Of a DNA stretch of 64,000 nt, positions 13,646 through 26,561 are shown in pieces. Within the stretch, counting starts at the first letter, position 1, and every line of letters starts with the position of its first letter. This DNA comes from the human T2T-CHM13v2.0 reference genome, Homo sapiens: NCBI RefSeq assembly GCF_009914755.1, contig NC_060944.1; one strand, written 5' to 3'. A program made the position numbers and the translations under genes. The notes under the pieces were generated by a model. It did no database searches. It had not been told where the DNA came from and saw only the letters and a program-made list of their open reading frames with translations.

Positions 13646-15036
13646 TAACTTATTTTTTCTGGAGCTGCTGAGTTTGGGGGCAGCGGTGGTACTGAGTCCC
13701 AGTTGTTGCTTTGCTTCTCTTGGGTGGTCCTCATACCCTGAGGTCTACGGTCCCCTCTCTAGAGATCCGGATGTTCTGGAGAGTGGCCACTTTGTGGGCC
13801 CTGTCTCCCTGGTGTCGGTGCCATAACTCAAATCAAATCATCGTGGAAAACATGCAGGCTGGATTAAGAGACTAGGACGGGACTTTTTCCCTGACTTTGT
13901 TTCTGCCTGGACCTCAGGCATGCGGCATTATTCTCCAGAAGGCCGTGTGCTCATGCAGGGCTGTGCTCACCTCTTGTGTTCTTGGGTCTGTACTTCCCCT
14001 CAGGAACTCCGTGTGTATTCCTGATTTCGCACGGGACAATTTTTTTTGGCACAGATAGTAGACTTAAATTGTCTTTATCCCAAAACCCAAACTGAGAGGG
14101 GAAATCAACATCTTTAACATGGAATAGCTTGTCCCCTTTGTCTACATACAGGGAGAAAATGTCTGGCAGGACGCTGTGTTTCAGGAAAAAGTCTGCAAAT
14201 TGCAGTGTGTGATCTCCAGCTCATGTAAATATCTCCACATGTTATTCTTAATTAATTATATTTTATTGAAGTAATTAGGTAACTGACAACCTCAGTTAAG
14301 TCCTAATGAAAGGACCATGTCTTTTCACATGCCGTTGATCAGAAAGTACAGCTTGGACTCCCAGGAGCTGGGCACTGGGCAAGGAGACACTGGGCAGGTG
14401 CAGCTGAGCTGGTGCAGCCAGGCGGGTACAGGGGTCCTGGGCCAGGACTCCCACCACCACCTGTCCCAGGGCACATTTCTTCTCCTTGCTAAGGACAAGA
14501 TGCTTCTGCAGCCCCCGCCCCCTTCCTCTGCTTGTTCCTGATTGTTTTAATTTCCAAAAACCATGATGAGGACAGCTGCTGAAATCTTAAACAATGCTGC
14601 TTCTCTGGAAAGTTGGGTTAATTTGTTTAATTTTCACACCTTTCACCCTCCTCCACAATGGTAGAGTGCTTTTGTGTCAAGGCATCAAATAAATTTCACG
14701 CTTCTTGCCTTTTCTGAAATATCCGGTGGCATTAAACGCACCCAGTGCACCTGGCTCCGGCCCGAGGCTTCGAGACTTAATTGTGGTTATGACGATCTGC
14801 AAGAGGAGGCCTGATTATTCCCGACGCCACTTGCATTGAGGCACAGAGACAACGTGGGCAGGGGATTTGGGAGAAAATTGCATTCTGTTTTCTTAAGGCC
14901 AAATTTCCCATTAATCTGAGCTGCTTCTTAAGGAAAATGTGAAACATCCCGAGGCTTCAGGGACTTGTGTGAGAATATTTAGGCTTTTTTTTTTTTTCTT
15001 TTTTTCCTAGGGAGAACATTATTAAGAAAAAGCTCA

Positions 15037-15364
<328 letters not shown>

Positions 15365-15965
15365 CTAAATGAGTCTTTGAGGCTGATTTTGTTTCGGGGT
15401 CCCAGGGAGTGGATGTGGAGAGGTCCTCCATCCCCTCCTTTCGACCCTGCCTCCCTCCCCGGGATGCGCTGCGTATCTGTGTCCCTCAGCAGAAGCCATG
15501 GTCATCTTTTTCTCCCACGCGCCGTTCTCGGGCAGTGATTCCGTAATCCCCCTCCTGTGAACTAGTGTGCCACTTCCATACTGATCACGCTAGTAGACAT
15601 ATATCCTTTATCAAACGTTCTGGAAATCACTCATCACCATGGTGCTGATGTTTTACAGTGCGGCCCTTTATGATTTTAGGGGCTGTGAGCCTCTCCCGTC
15701 CTGTAAAGTAAAGATAAAAACCAAAGAAACTGCTCCCAGAGTCAGTGTGGTACAACGACGCGCTGTCACCGCAGCCCCAATCCCTGGTGTTCTTACTATT
15801 AGACGAGTTGATATTCTCATGTCTGCCACAGAGGGGAAAATGAAATCTGAGGCTGAAGTAGAAATAGAACCCAAGGGTCTCAACTCCTGTTTTAGGTCTT
15901 TTTTATAGTAAATATTTAGACTAGGTCTGGCTATATATATTATAGCTATATCTATGTATCTATAA

Positions 15966-16247
<282 letters not shown>

Positions 16248-16472
16248 TATAATTTCTATAATTGATGAACTTAATCACGTGAGTTCCTCTATAGATCATA
16301 ACTGTCACTTGTCCCATAAACCCAGCCCCTTGGTGTGGATCAAAATCTTCCACGTCTTTATTGGGAGCAAAGACCTCGCACTTGGCTTGCAAGGTTACAA
16401 TCTCTGTCGGGATTTTTCAGGATCCCGAAAGCCCAGGTAATGCCCGTCTGGTACACCAATACCTGGTTTCAC

Positions 16473-17339
16473 CCCAGACCACCATCTGCTCTACCCGGAC
16501 CACCATCTGCTCTACCCGGACCACCATCTGCTCTACCCGGACCACCATCTGCTCTGCCCGGACCAGCATCTGCTCTGCCTGGACCACCATCTGCTCTGCC
16601 CGGACCACCATCTGCTCTGCCTGGACCACCATCTGCCATCTGCTCTGCCCGGACCACTGTCTGCTCTGCCCAGACCACCATCTGCTCTGCCCGGACCACC
16701 ATCTGCTCTCCCTGGACCACCATCTGCCATCTGCTCTGCCTGGACCACCATCTGCCATCTGCTCTGCCTGGACCACCATCTGCTCTGCCTGGACCACCAT
16801 CTTCTCTGCCCGGACCACCATCTGCCATCTGCTCTGCCTGGACCACCATCTGCTCTGCCCAGACCACCATCTGCTCTGCCTGGACCACCATCTGCCATCT
16901 GTTCTGCCTGGACCACCATCTGCTCTGCCCGGACCACCATCTGCTCTCCCTGGACCACCATCTGCCATCTGCTCTGCCTGGACCACCATCTGCCATCTGC
17001 TCTGCCCGGACCACCATCTGCTCTGCCTGGACCACCATCTGCTCTGCCCAGACCACCGTGTGCTCTGCCCAGACCACCATCTGCTCTGCCCGGACCACCA
17101 TCTTCTCTGCCTGGACCACCATCTGCCATCTGCTCTGCCCGGACCACCATCTGCTCTGCCCGGACCACCATCTGCTCTGCCTGGACCACCATCTGCCATC
17201 TGCTCTGCCTGGACCTCCGTCTGCTCTGCCTGGACCACCATCTGCTCTTCTTGGACCACCATCTGCTCTGCCCGGACCACCATCTGCTCTGCCTGGACCA
17301 CCATCTGCTCTGCCCGGACCACCATCTGCTCTGCCTGGA
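16473..17339. repeat. 21/28-bp minisatellite, 38 units
   Basis: Unit CCYGGACCACCATCTGCTCTG (21 bp); 9 units carry an extra CATCTGC (28 bp). 38x21+9x7=861 bp fits the span. Confidence 0.97.
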
Positions 17340-17774
17340 TACAGCGTCAAATAAGACAGATGTCTCTACTGTCCCCACCAAGCAAAGATGTACCACTTGC
17401 AAGGTTGCTGTGAGGTCCCTGTGAAGACTCAAGAGAGCCAACACAAAGCCTCCTGCAACAGTTAGCTGCCAAACCCAACTGCTGCTTCTAGAACAGTTTC
17501 CCATTGGTTCCGTATGTGGCTGGGTTCTTTCTCATTATGTTGACATCGACTGAAATGTCAGGTCCTTAGAGAAGCCGTGCCTGCCACCCCGGGTTCTGTC
17601 TCTTCCTTGAGCTTCTCAGCACCTGGCATCTAGCGGTTGATGCCACCTTCACCTGTTGTCACCGAACCCTGGGGACAGGTGTGGCTGACTCGCTCTCCAC
17701 CGATTCCAAGCACTTGCAACTCTGGGATTTGTTCAGACAAATCATTGTGGGTGAATACGTGGCTCAGAAAGGCC

Positions 17775-18785
17775 TAAATGGCTACAACCACTTTAGAAAA
17801 GACTTCGGCAGGGTCTTATAAGTAAAGTGACACACAAACTTCCCTATGAAATTGCTCCAGAAATTATACTCAACTGGGTATTTTCCCCAGAGAAATGAAT
17901 GAGTCTGTCCTGATAAAACATGTGAAGGAATGTGCAGATAAGCTGTATTCTAGTAGCCCCATACTGGACGCTGCCCAAGTGTGCATACCTAGAGGGACAG
18001 ATGAGAGGACCGTGGTGCAGTCACAGGATGGAACACAGCACGGTGATGAGTAATGCACTGTGCACAGTGACATCAGTGACTGTCATGTCATTACATTACA
18101 TGGAGCGAAGGAAGCCAGGCACAAGGGGAGACACACTGTGTGATGCTGTTTCCATGAAGTCCAGGAACAGGCAACGCTAATTGTCTTAGCTCCCTATTGC
18201 TGCCATAACAGAGGACGACAATCTCAGTGGCTTAAGCAACAGAAGAGAATTCTCTTACTGAAAGCCACCTGTCTAAAATGCAGCAGCAGGTCCTGCTTTT
18301 CCTGCAGGTTACAGGGGGAAGTCTGTTTCCTCATCTTTTCAGCTTTTAGGAGCTGCCTTGCCCCACTCCGACCTCTCCATCGTCAAGTGTCCTCTCACTA
18401 GGACTGTCCCCTGCCTCTCTCTTATAAGGGTCCCTGAGATTACACTTCATGCTCACCCAGGCAACCCAGGATCATCTCTGCATCTCGAACTCCTTAACTT
18501 CATCATACCTGCAAAGTCTGTAAAAGCTCTGGAGGTTAGGGCGTGGGCATCTCAGGGGAGCCATTGTCTTCCTGCCCCAGGAACAGATGGTGATGCGGTT
18601 TAACTTGGGGGGTGGTGTTGCCTGGGAATGGATGAGGGGAGTGTTCTGGGGGCTGGCCATGCTCTAGATCTGGACCTCAGACTTGGACACAGGCACATGC
18701 ATGAGTAAAAGTTGACCAGACCGTAACCGTAGACTCAGTGCACATCACTGTGTGTTTGTTACACTTGGGCACAAATCTAAAACAG
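17775..18785 (+). mobile_element. L1ME-like LINE 3' region, interrupted by an MLT1 LTR
   Basis: AAATGGCTACAACCACTTTAGAAAA...CTGGGTATTTTCCCCAGAGAAATGAA...GAAGCCAGGCACAA...ACACTGTGTGATGCTGTTTCCATGAAGTCCAGGAACAGGCAA; resumes after 18580 with GTTCTGGGGGCTGGCCATGCTCTAGATCTGG. Confidence 0.7.
18182..18579 (-). mobile_element. MLT1C/D-like MaLR solo LTR
   Basis: TGTCTTAGCTCCCTATTGCTGCCATAACA...AGTGGCTTAAGCAACA...CTTAACTTCATCATACCTGCAAAGTC...GTTAGGGCGTGGGCATCT. Confidence 0.75.
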
Positions 18786-20114
18786 AAGAGAAGGGTAAAG
18801 CTACCCTCCTCCAGATGTTGCATTGCCTGTGTGTAGTGCCCCTGTGCTCAGAGGGTGAACAAAGCAATAACCAGGCCCTGTGTTAGTGAGCGTCATGGAG
18901 ACAGTGTGGGGTGCGTGGAGGTGAGGCGTGGAGCAGCCAGCTGCCACCACCTGTGTTTTAGAGCCCCTTCCTGGTTCCATTTCATTTTGCATACAACACC
19001 ATGGAATCACATGATGGAGAGTGAAGCAGCTTATTTTTTATATGGGGCCCATGACAGCATAGTGAGTGGGGCTTTTACAGATGTTTATGGAAGGGAAGTT
19101 CTTTGCGATCCTCAGTACCCCAGGCCCTCAGTGGTCTCCAGGATCCCAGCCAGATGGCCACGGGGTCACGGGCCCACTGGGACTGGGTCCTACACACACA
19201 GTTGTGGGCTTTTGGAGACACTGACTCTGCACAGGCTTCTCTGCTTTTCAATGTGGCGTTTAAGGTTCCGGAAACTGTGCAGTTTAGAAAACTGCTGGGC
19301 AGGTTTGTCAAAGGCAAAGCACCCTGGGCATTTTCAAGATGTTTCTGTCTTCAAAGACCCAGCTTGGGCTGGCACAGATGCCAAGGCTGCACCGGCCACT
19401 CCATCACGTGGTGGGGACAGCTCTCACATGGCTCGGCAGAGTGGCTGGGCGCCTCACCATGGGGAGCAGTGCTCCTGACCTTGAACCCTCCCCCACGTAG
19501 TGCCAGCATCAGAGCCATCAAATAAACCTCAAAGCAGCTGGGACTCAGAGAGAACTTCACTACATCCCTGGAACACTCTTTAAATAACTTCAGACTCAGC
19601 ATCAAAAGGGGTTCCCTCCCTCCCCATAAGGCAATAAAATGTGTTCTTTTCAGATAAATATTTCAAGAACAGACCAACTCATCTGGATCAAATGTTACCT
19701 TTTTAAAGATGCAAATTGAAAATTAAGCATCCAACACAAGGATTCCCTGGAGCCACTGGGAAGGGCTGCATGCTCATCACACCCGGGGCCGCCTGGGCAG
19801 TCGGGACTCACCGTCGCCACCGCCCTGAGAGGTATCGCACTGTGTGCATTTCAGAATCATTTCAAAGAGGCAGTAAGGACCCCGATGCATGTCCTAAGCA
19901 GGCAGAGCCGCTGCGTGTGACACAGGTTGGTCGCAGAAATCAGTCTACAGAGATACCGGCAACTTTTCTTCTACACTGCACTTTCCTGCGGCCCTGGAAT
20001 GCCATTTATTTTCTAATATTCCCAATTTGGACATTTTTAAAGAGAATCAATCAAAGCTACCAAAGAAATATGACAATAGGTAGCTAAGAATATTCAATGC
20101 TTCAGAAGCTCATC

Positions 20115-20335
20115 ATCATAATTAACGGTTGGGGGGCTTATAGCAGCCCAGGCTTTGTGTTAAGAGATTGATCACCATCTTATTCCATCCTTGCCCAGGC
20201 CTCCTAGTCAGTGCAACTTCACCACTTCTCCCAGAGGAGAACTAGATAACTCAGAAAAGTGAAGTGGCCTGCCACAGGGTGTACAGTGCAGCTCAGTGCA
20301 GAGCGGGGATCTGAACCAACCAGTCTGAATCCTGA
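20115..20335 (-). mobile_element. MIR SINE
   Basis: CTCAGAAAAGTGAAGTGGCCTGCCACAGGG...AGTGCAGAGCGGGGATCTGAACC..CAGTCTGA is an antisense MIR core. Confidence 0.6.
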
Positions 20336-20464
20336 CAACAGGCTGCTTGATCCCATGAGAATTGGCTCTTACACTGAGATGGGACAGGCTAGATGTATGG
20401 AGAAGCCTGGTGACATCTGAATGCCTTTCCTATATGTTATTAGGGAAAAGAAGAGTAACTTGTG

Positions 20465-21423
20465 TTCATCTATCCATCCATCCATCTACCCATCTGCCCA
20501 CCCATCCATTCATCCACTCACACACGAATCCATCCATCCACTCACACATCCATCCTTCTGTTCACCTGTTCATTCCTCCCGTTAGTCTCTCCATTCTTCC
20601 ATCTGTCCATCATCTTCCATTCCTCTCACTGGCCAATCTATCCATCCATTCATCCATCTGTCAATCATCCATCTACACATCCATCCATCTTCCATTCCTC
20701 CCACTGGTCCATCCATCCATCCATCCATCCATCCATCCTCTCACTTGTTAGTCCATTGACCTGTCCATCTGTTTATCCAGTCATCCATCCATTCATCCAT
20801 CCATCATCTTCCATTCCTCTCACTGGTCCATCTATCCATCCATTCATCCATCTGTCAATCATCCATCTACACATCCCTCCATCTTCCATTCCTCCCACTG
20901 GTCCATCCATCCATCCATCCATCCATCCTCTCACTTGTTAGTCCATTGACCTGTCCATCTGTTTATCCAGTCATCCATCCATTCATCCATCCATCATCTT
21001 CCATTCCTCTCACTGGTCCATCTATCCATCCATTCATCCATCTGTCAGTCATCCACCCACACATTTGTCCTTCCATCCATCTTCCATTCCTCCCACTGGT
21101 CTGTCCATCCATCCATCCGTCCGTCCGTCCATCTATCCTCTCACCTGTTAGTTCACTGATCTCTCCATCTATTCATCCAGTCATCCATCCATTCATCCAT
21201 CTGTCCATCATCCACCCACACATCCATCCATTCATCCATCTGTCCATCATCCACCCACACATCCATCCATTCATCCATCTTTCCATTATCCACCCACACA
21301 ACCGTCCATTCATCCTCCTGTCCATCTTCCTACTTGTTAGCCCATCTATCATTTCATCTATTCTTCCAGTCATTCATCCGTCTTTCCTTCCATCCATCCA
21401 TCCATCCATCCATCCATCCATCC
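20465..21423. repeat. Degenerate (TCCA)n satellite with ~190-210-bp higher-order duplications
   Basis: CATC/TCCA-rich; the block TCACTTGTTAGTCCATTGAC recurs at 20741 and 20931, with a diverged copy at 21141. Confidence 0.93.
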
Positions 21424-22521
21424 TTGCTAGATTCTAGGTATTCCATGACCAACAAGGCTAATGAGGTGCCTGCTTTCACGGGTCTAATGTTCTTACTGTT
21501 CATTCTTCACCACCCTGTACCACCATGGAAAAGGGGGAACTGTGTAGTTTCCTGACAAGGCCTTCATTACATCCCCACTGAGCATCCACCTCTGGGTTCA
21601 TCTAGTATGACTCTGCTTTCAAAACTGCCTCAGTCACTCCCTCATGCAAGGAAAAGCCGCATTCATTGATGTAAAGACTGTGCCTAGATAATTGCCTTGG
21701 CAGAACCTCAAGCCAAACTCTCTCATCTTTTTTATTTTAGTTTTCAAATGGGCAGCCTTCCCACAGGGTCAAAACGGCCCAGCTTCAACCTGGGGGCTCA
21801 GCTGCTGGCTGGGCTGGGCACGTGGTGCTGTCTGCTTCAGGGATGCCACCAGCAGCAACATTCAAACATGGCCTGCCATATGCTCCATGTCTACGTTGAA
21901 CAGCTCATTTTGTTCAGCTCTCTCTGATGCAGAGCAGGATTTGAGCTCAAAAAAATCAAAATGAAATGAGCAGTGCCTGCTGGGCCTGGATGGGAAGTAG
22001 TGTGGGAGGTTGGGGGTGTGTCTGGGCAGGGATATGTCAGCACTGTGGGCCGATCAGAGTGGGCAGCTGGCCGGCATGGGCACAGTGCACAGAAGCCTCC
22101 AGCCAGGCCCCGATCAGTGCCCACAGGCAGTGGGGCTGCCCTGTATCCACTCCTTAGCATGGCCCAACAGGGGACTGGGTGAGGCCAGAGAGACCAAGGC
22201 CTGATTTCAGCAGGGTGACTGTGGGCACTGGTCATGCAGAGCTGCTGCCTCATCCAGAAGGACACCCTGCCCTTGAGCCAGGATCAAGGCCGACTCTGGA
22301 TGGGCAGAGCCAAGGAAGGAGGCCTCTTGGTCACTGATATGACCAACCCTCCTCTGCAGGCACCAGCCAGTTTCTGTTCTGTGGCTGCCCCTTGCCTGGT
22401 TCTTACCCAGATCATGGTGGGTAGAGCAGGGCCTCTGCCCTTCAGTCTAGTCTGTGCTAACAGACCAAAGTGAACTTCAGCAAACACTCTAGCAAGAAAC
22501 TCTGGGTCCGTAGCATGAGCC

Positions 22522-22716
22522 CATGATGGCTGGAGCTGGCTCTCATTGACTCCCCAGAGCCGTCTGTGCAGTCCCTCCCTGACCATGGTGAGCAAGGGCA
22601 TGTTGGTAGCTTGGAACTGGCCACGGTGGGAATATTTACATGATGGAAATTGGCAAATGCTATAGATCTGCCTCCTCCCCAGAGTGCCGGAGGTTACATT
22701 TATCAGCACCCCACTG
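22522..22716 (+). mobile_element. MER63A hAT-Blackjack MITE
   Basis: GCTGGAGCTGGCTC...GTTGGTAGCTTGGAACTGGCCACGGTGGGAATATTTACATGATGGAAATTGGCAAATGCTA...ACATTTATCAGCACCCCACTG matches MER63A. Confidence 0.82.
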
Positions 22717-23699
22717 GTTTGATGCCCTAAAGTCTGAATTCCTCAGCATAGCATTCAAGGTCCCTCCTGGTTTTCTTATCCAACTCACAATGGCTACAGA
22801 GAAACAGAGAGGTGGAGGAGGGATTTCTTGGCTCTTATAATTTAATTTCTAGGACATCCTGAGACATAGTTAGATCCTAGGGTGCTAACTGTGTGCTCAA
22901 GATGGGCCCAGCCCCACCTTCCAGCTCTGCCTTCTCCACGTGGTGGTCTCTGCCAGCTCCAGGTCGACTTTATTCGTGGAGTTCCCCAGAAGCTTTGGGA
23001 CTGCATCTCTCCGGCCTCATGGACATCTTGTTTTTCCTTCGAACCAGTCCAATGAAATGGAATGTTCTAGATGGCCAGGCCTGGCTCATATGATCGCCCT
23101 TTAAGCAGGAGGGGCAGAGTCAGCCCCACTAAACCCCAGGGTCAAGCCCTGGGAACGGGAAGAGTGTTTCTCCAGGGAGACCCTGAGGGGCTGTTTCCAG
23201 AGGAAGGAGCCAGGCTGTGTTGATAGAACCCTGCCTAGGCTTTGCTTCTGTCCTCTGCCTCTGCGAAATAGTCCATCCCCCAAGCCACTCCTCCTTTCCA
23301 TGTTCCAGGCTCTTGGTGTGGGGGGCCACCTCCCTGCAAACACCCTTCCCGGTCTTTGCATGGTTTTAAATCATCCTTCATGGCACCCAAGGCCCCCCTT
23401 CCCATCCCAGCCTCAGATCTGGAAGCTCCCCTCCCCATTCGCAGAGCTTCCCCGCCCCCCACCCCTGGCCCATGCTCCCTTTCCCTGCCTGGGTGGCCTC
23501 CTTGCCTTTCACCGCTGGCCTGGAAGTGCTTTCCAGCTGGTTGTGTTTCTCTTTGTACCTCCCACAGCTTCCAGCATGGCTTTTGGCTTTTGTCCTGGCA
23601 GTCAGGACCCTAGTGGAGGGGAGGGGTGTGTCACCAGCTTGCCCTGTTCCAAGGCTGCGTGAGTGGTTGTGGAGCCGGGCTTCTCCTCACCTTCCAAGT

Positions 23700-23830
23700 C
23701 AACCACTGCCTAGCTGGTGACCTGAGTCTGTAACAAGCCCCCCTGAGCCTCAGTCTCCTCATCTGTAAACTGGGGAGGTGGTGGGACTGCTGCACGGGAT
23801 GGCATGCTGTGTGTCTTGTGCCTAACACAC
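23700..23830 (+). mobile_element. MIR SINE fragment
   Basis: CTGAGCCTCAGTCTCCTCATCTGTAAACTGGGG is the MIR core. Confidence 0.7.
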
Positions 23831-24109
23831 CCCCGCACAACTGCCACGCCCTGTGCGATGGCTGTTACCGCCATTATTGTGTGATTCCTGCCTGGCCATG
23901 GCCTGGCGCTGGCGGTTGGATGGGCCTTGCACATAGTAGATGCTCAGATATTCACCATGGAGTCCCCTCCTGCCAGAACTTCTCTCCCACTGGTTCTCAA
24001 GGACAGTCACTTACAAAAGCAATTTCTTGGTGGCCACAGATCTTCAGGGTCATCCCCTGTGGCCAGCTCTCATTCCCCAAGGGCAGCACTTAGTAGGGCC
24101 TTTTCAGCA

Positions 24110-24480
24110 GCCTCCCTATCTCCATCGTGACAAAGACCCACAGGCTGGGCAGCTTCAACATGGCTCATTTTCTTACCATTCTGGCAGCTGGAAGTCCAAG
24201 TCCACGGTGTCTGCAGGGCTGGTTTCTCCTGAGGCTTCTCTCCTTGGCTTGTGGATGCCATCTCCACCCTGTGACCTCCCAAGGTTGTGCCTCTGTGTGT
24301 GTCACTGTCCAAATTTCCTCTCCTTAAGAGGACATCAGTCCCACTACATTAGGAGCCACCCCAGTGACCCCATTTCACCTCCATTAGCTCCTTAAAGGCG
24401 CTACCGCAAATACAGTCACGTTCTGTGCTGCTGGGGGTTAAGACTCAGCATATGAATCTTGGGGAATGCAGGTTAGCCGG
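24110..24480 (-). mobile_element. MLT1A/B-like MaLR solo LTR
   Basis: TTCTGGCAGCTGGAAGTCCAAG...GCAGGGCTGGTTTCTCCTGAGGCTTCTCTCCTTGGCTTG...CAAATACAGTCACGTTCTG...GGGGGTTAAGACTCAGCATATGAAT. Confidence 0.82.
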
Positions 24481-25377
24481 CTTGATGTCCCATGTAACGT
24501 GGGTTTCCCAGCGTGAATGACCCATCTCACTGGAGTGGGCAGGGCATGGCCCATGCCTGGCTCAGCCCTGATGCCTGCAGGAAGTGGGTGTCATTGGTAG
24601 AGGAATCAGAGGAATGGACTCCCCTGCATTTGGGCCACTGAGTCCTCTGCTGCTTTCACTGTGGTGTGAGGTGACTTGGAAAGGAGAGTGGAGTCAGGGA
24701 GAGCCCTGCGTGGAGGCCATTCTGAGACAGGCAGGCACCCCAGCCCTCTCCAGCTGGCTTGCTACAAATGCTTGCCGACCAGCTCCCGGCAAAGCTGACT
24801 CCTGGCATTATCACATGATTCAACTGTTCTCTGTGCGGCAATATTAATAATGCTCACTATTGTTGCAAGCACAGCAGGAAGCGGCCGTGTGATGGGGTGG
24901 TGGAGGGGGGCATTGCTATAAACAGGGGCTTGCTGGCAGAGAGCTCATCCTGTCCTTAGGGCAGAAATTAATGTCACCTCTCAGAATCAGAATTCCGATT
25001 AGAGCTGCACTCAGGAAGTCCCTCCAGATGGGAGAGGACATTGTCTGAAGTCCTTAGCAGAGCCGAGAGCTGTGTCCCTTGCAGAGCCAGCCTGCCTCCT
25101 CCCGTGGTGAGAGTGGCAGCTGGTCTGGACTCGTCCTCTTCAGTGAGATGCCTGTGAGTGCCCAGGAGGAGCTGCCCCATGCATGCAGTGGGGGTGTGCC
25201 TCTCCATGGACCGGAGGTCAGGAGGCTGATGGATGTCCTGCATCCCTCACGGTGACTCCAAAGATTCAACCAGCCGGAGGGAGGCTGGGCTTTTCCGCTA
25301 GCTGGAAATTTCAGAACCCTTGGCCCACATTCGTCAAACTGCCAGCTCAGAAGTGAGTGGTATTCAAATTCTTTTCA

Positions 25378-25510
25378 GTGGTGGTTCTCCAAGTGGGGTC
25401 CCCACACTAGTGGCATCGGCATTACTTTGGGAGACGTTGGGGACTCCCATTCTCTGCCCCCCTACCCCAGACCTGCCGAAGCAGGAGCTCGGGTTGAAGA
25501 ACCTGCCTGT
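25378..25510. mobile_element. MER5A-like hAT-Charlie fragment
   Basis: GTGGTTCTCCAAGTGGGGTCCCCACACTAGTGGCATCGGCATTAC...CCCCAGACCTGCCGAA. Confidence 0.6.
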
Positions 25511-25972
25511 ACCCCAGCCCTGTGCTGCCTTCCAGTGGAAACATGGTAGAGCCATGGAGGGATTTTAAATGTCTTAGTGGCCATGTTGAAAAAAAAGTGA
25601 AAAGAAACAGTAAAACTAATTCTTATTGTGGTGAATGTATTTACAAAATTTAACCATTTTAACCATTTTTTATGTGTACAGTCAGCGGCATTAGGTACAT
25701 TCACAGAGTCATGGAAACCATGGCCACTGTCCATCTCCAGAATTTTTATATCTCTCCAACCTGAAACTCCATCCCCATTAAACACGCACTCCCAGCCGCA
25801 CTCTCCCCCGCCCCTGGCCCCCACCATCCTATTGTTTATTTCTATGAATGTGACTGCCCTAGGGACCCCAAACAGGTAGAATCATACCGTATTTGTCCTT
25901 TTGCATCTAGCTGTTTTCACTTAGCATGATGTCCTTAAAGTTCACCCATGTTATAGCGAGTGTCAGAATCTC

Positions 25973-26263
<291 letters not shown>

Positions 26264-26272
26264 TCTCCTTCC

Positions 26273-26561
26273 TTTTTTTTTTTTTTTTCCCCGAAACAGA
26301 GTCTTGCTCTGTCACCCAAGCTGGCACGATCTCAGCTCACTGCAACCTCTGCCCCCTGGGTTTAAGCAATTCTCCTGCCTCAGCCTTCCTAGTAGCTAGG
26401 ATTACAGATGTGTGCTACCACACCTGGCTAATTTTTGTATCTTTAGTAGAGACAGGGTTTCACCATGTTGGCCAGGCTGGTCTCGAAGTCCTGACCTCAT
26501 GATCCACCCACCTCGGCCTCCCAAAGTGCTGGGATTACAGGCGTGAGCCACCGGGCCCAGC
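26273..26561 (-). mobile_element. AluS (Sg-like) SINE
   Basis: Antisense Alu with CTGACCTCATGATCCACCC; TSD TCTCCTTCCTTTTT on both sides. Confidence 0.92.

Noticed and set aside
16335-17413. 339/350-aa collagen- or mucin-like ORFs (PPSALPG)n
   Set aside because: Entirely a 21/28-bp minisatellite open on both strands; no Gly-X-Y periodicity, domain or supported exon boundaries.
18855-19478. 207-aa ORF in unique sequence
   Set aside because: Non-ATG start, no recognisable family, and competing ORFs of similar quality in other frames.
20362-21437. (IHPS)n ORFs
   Set aside because: Translations of the (TCCA)n satellite; the same applies to 39682-40173.
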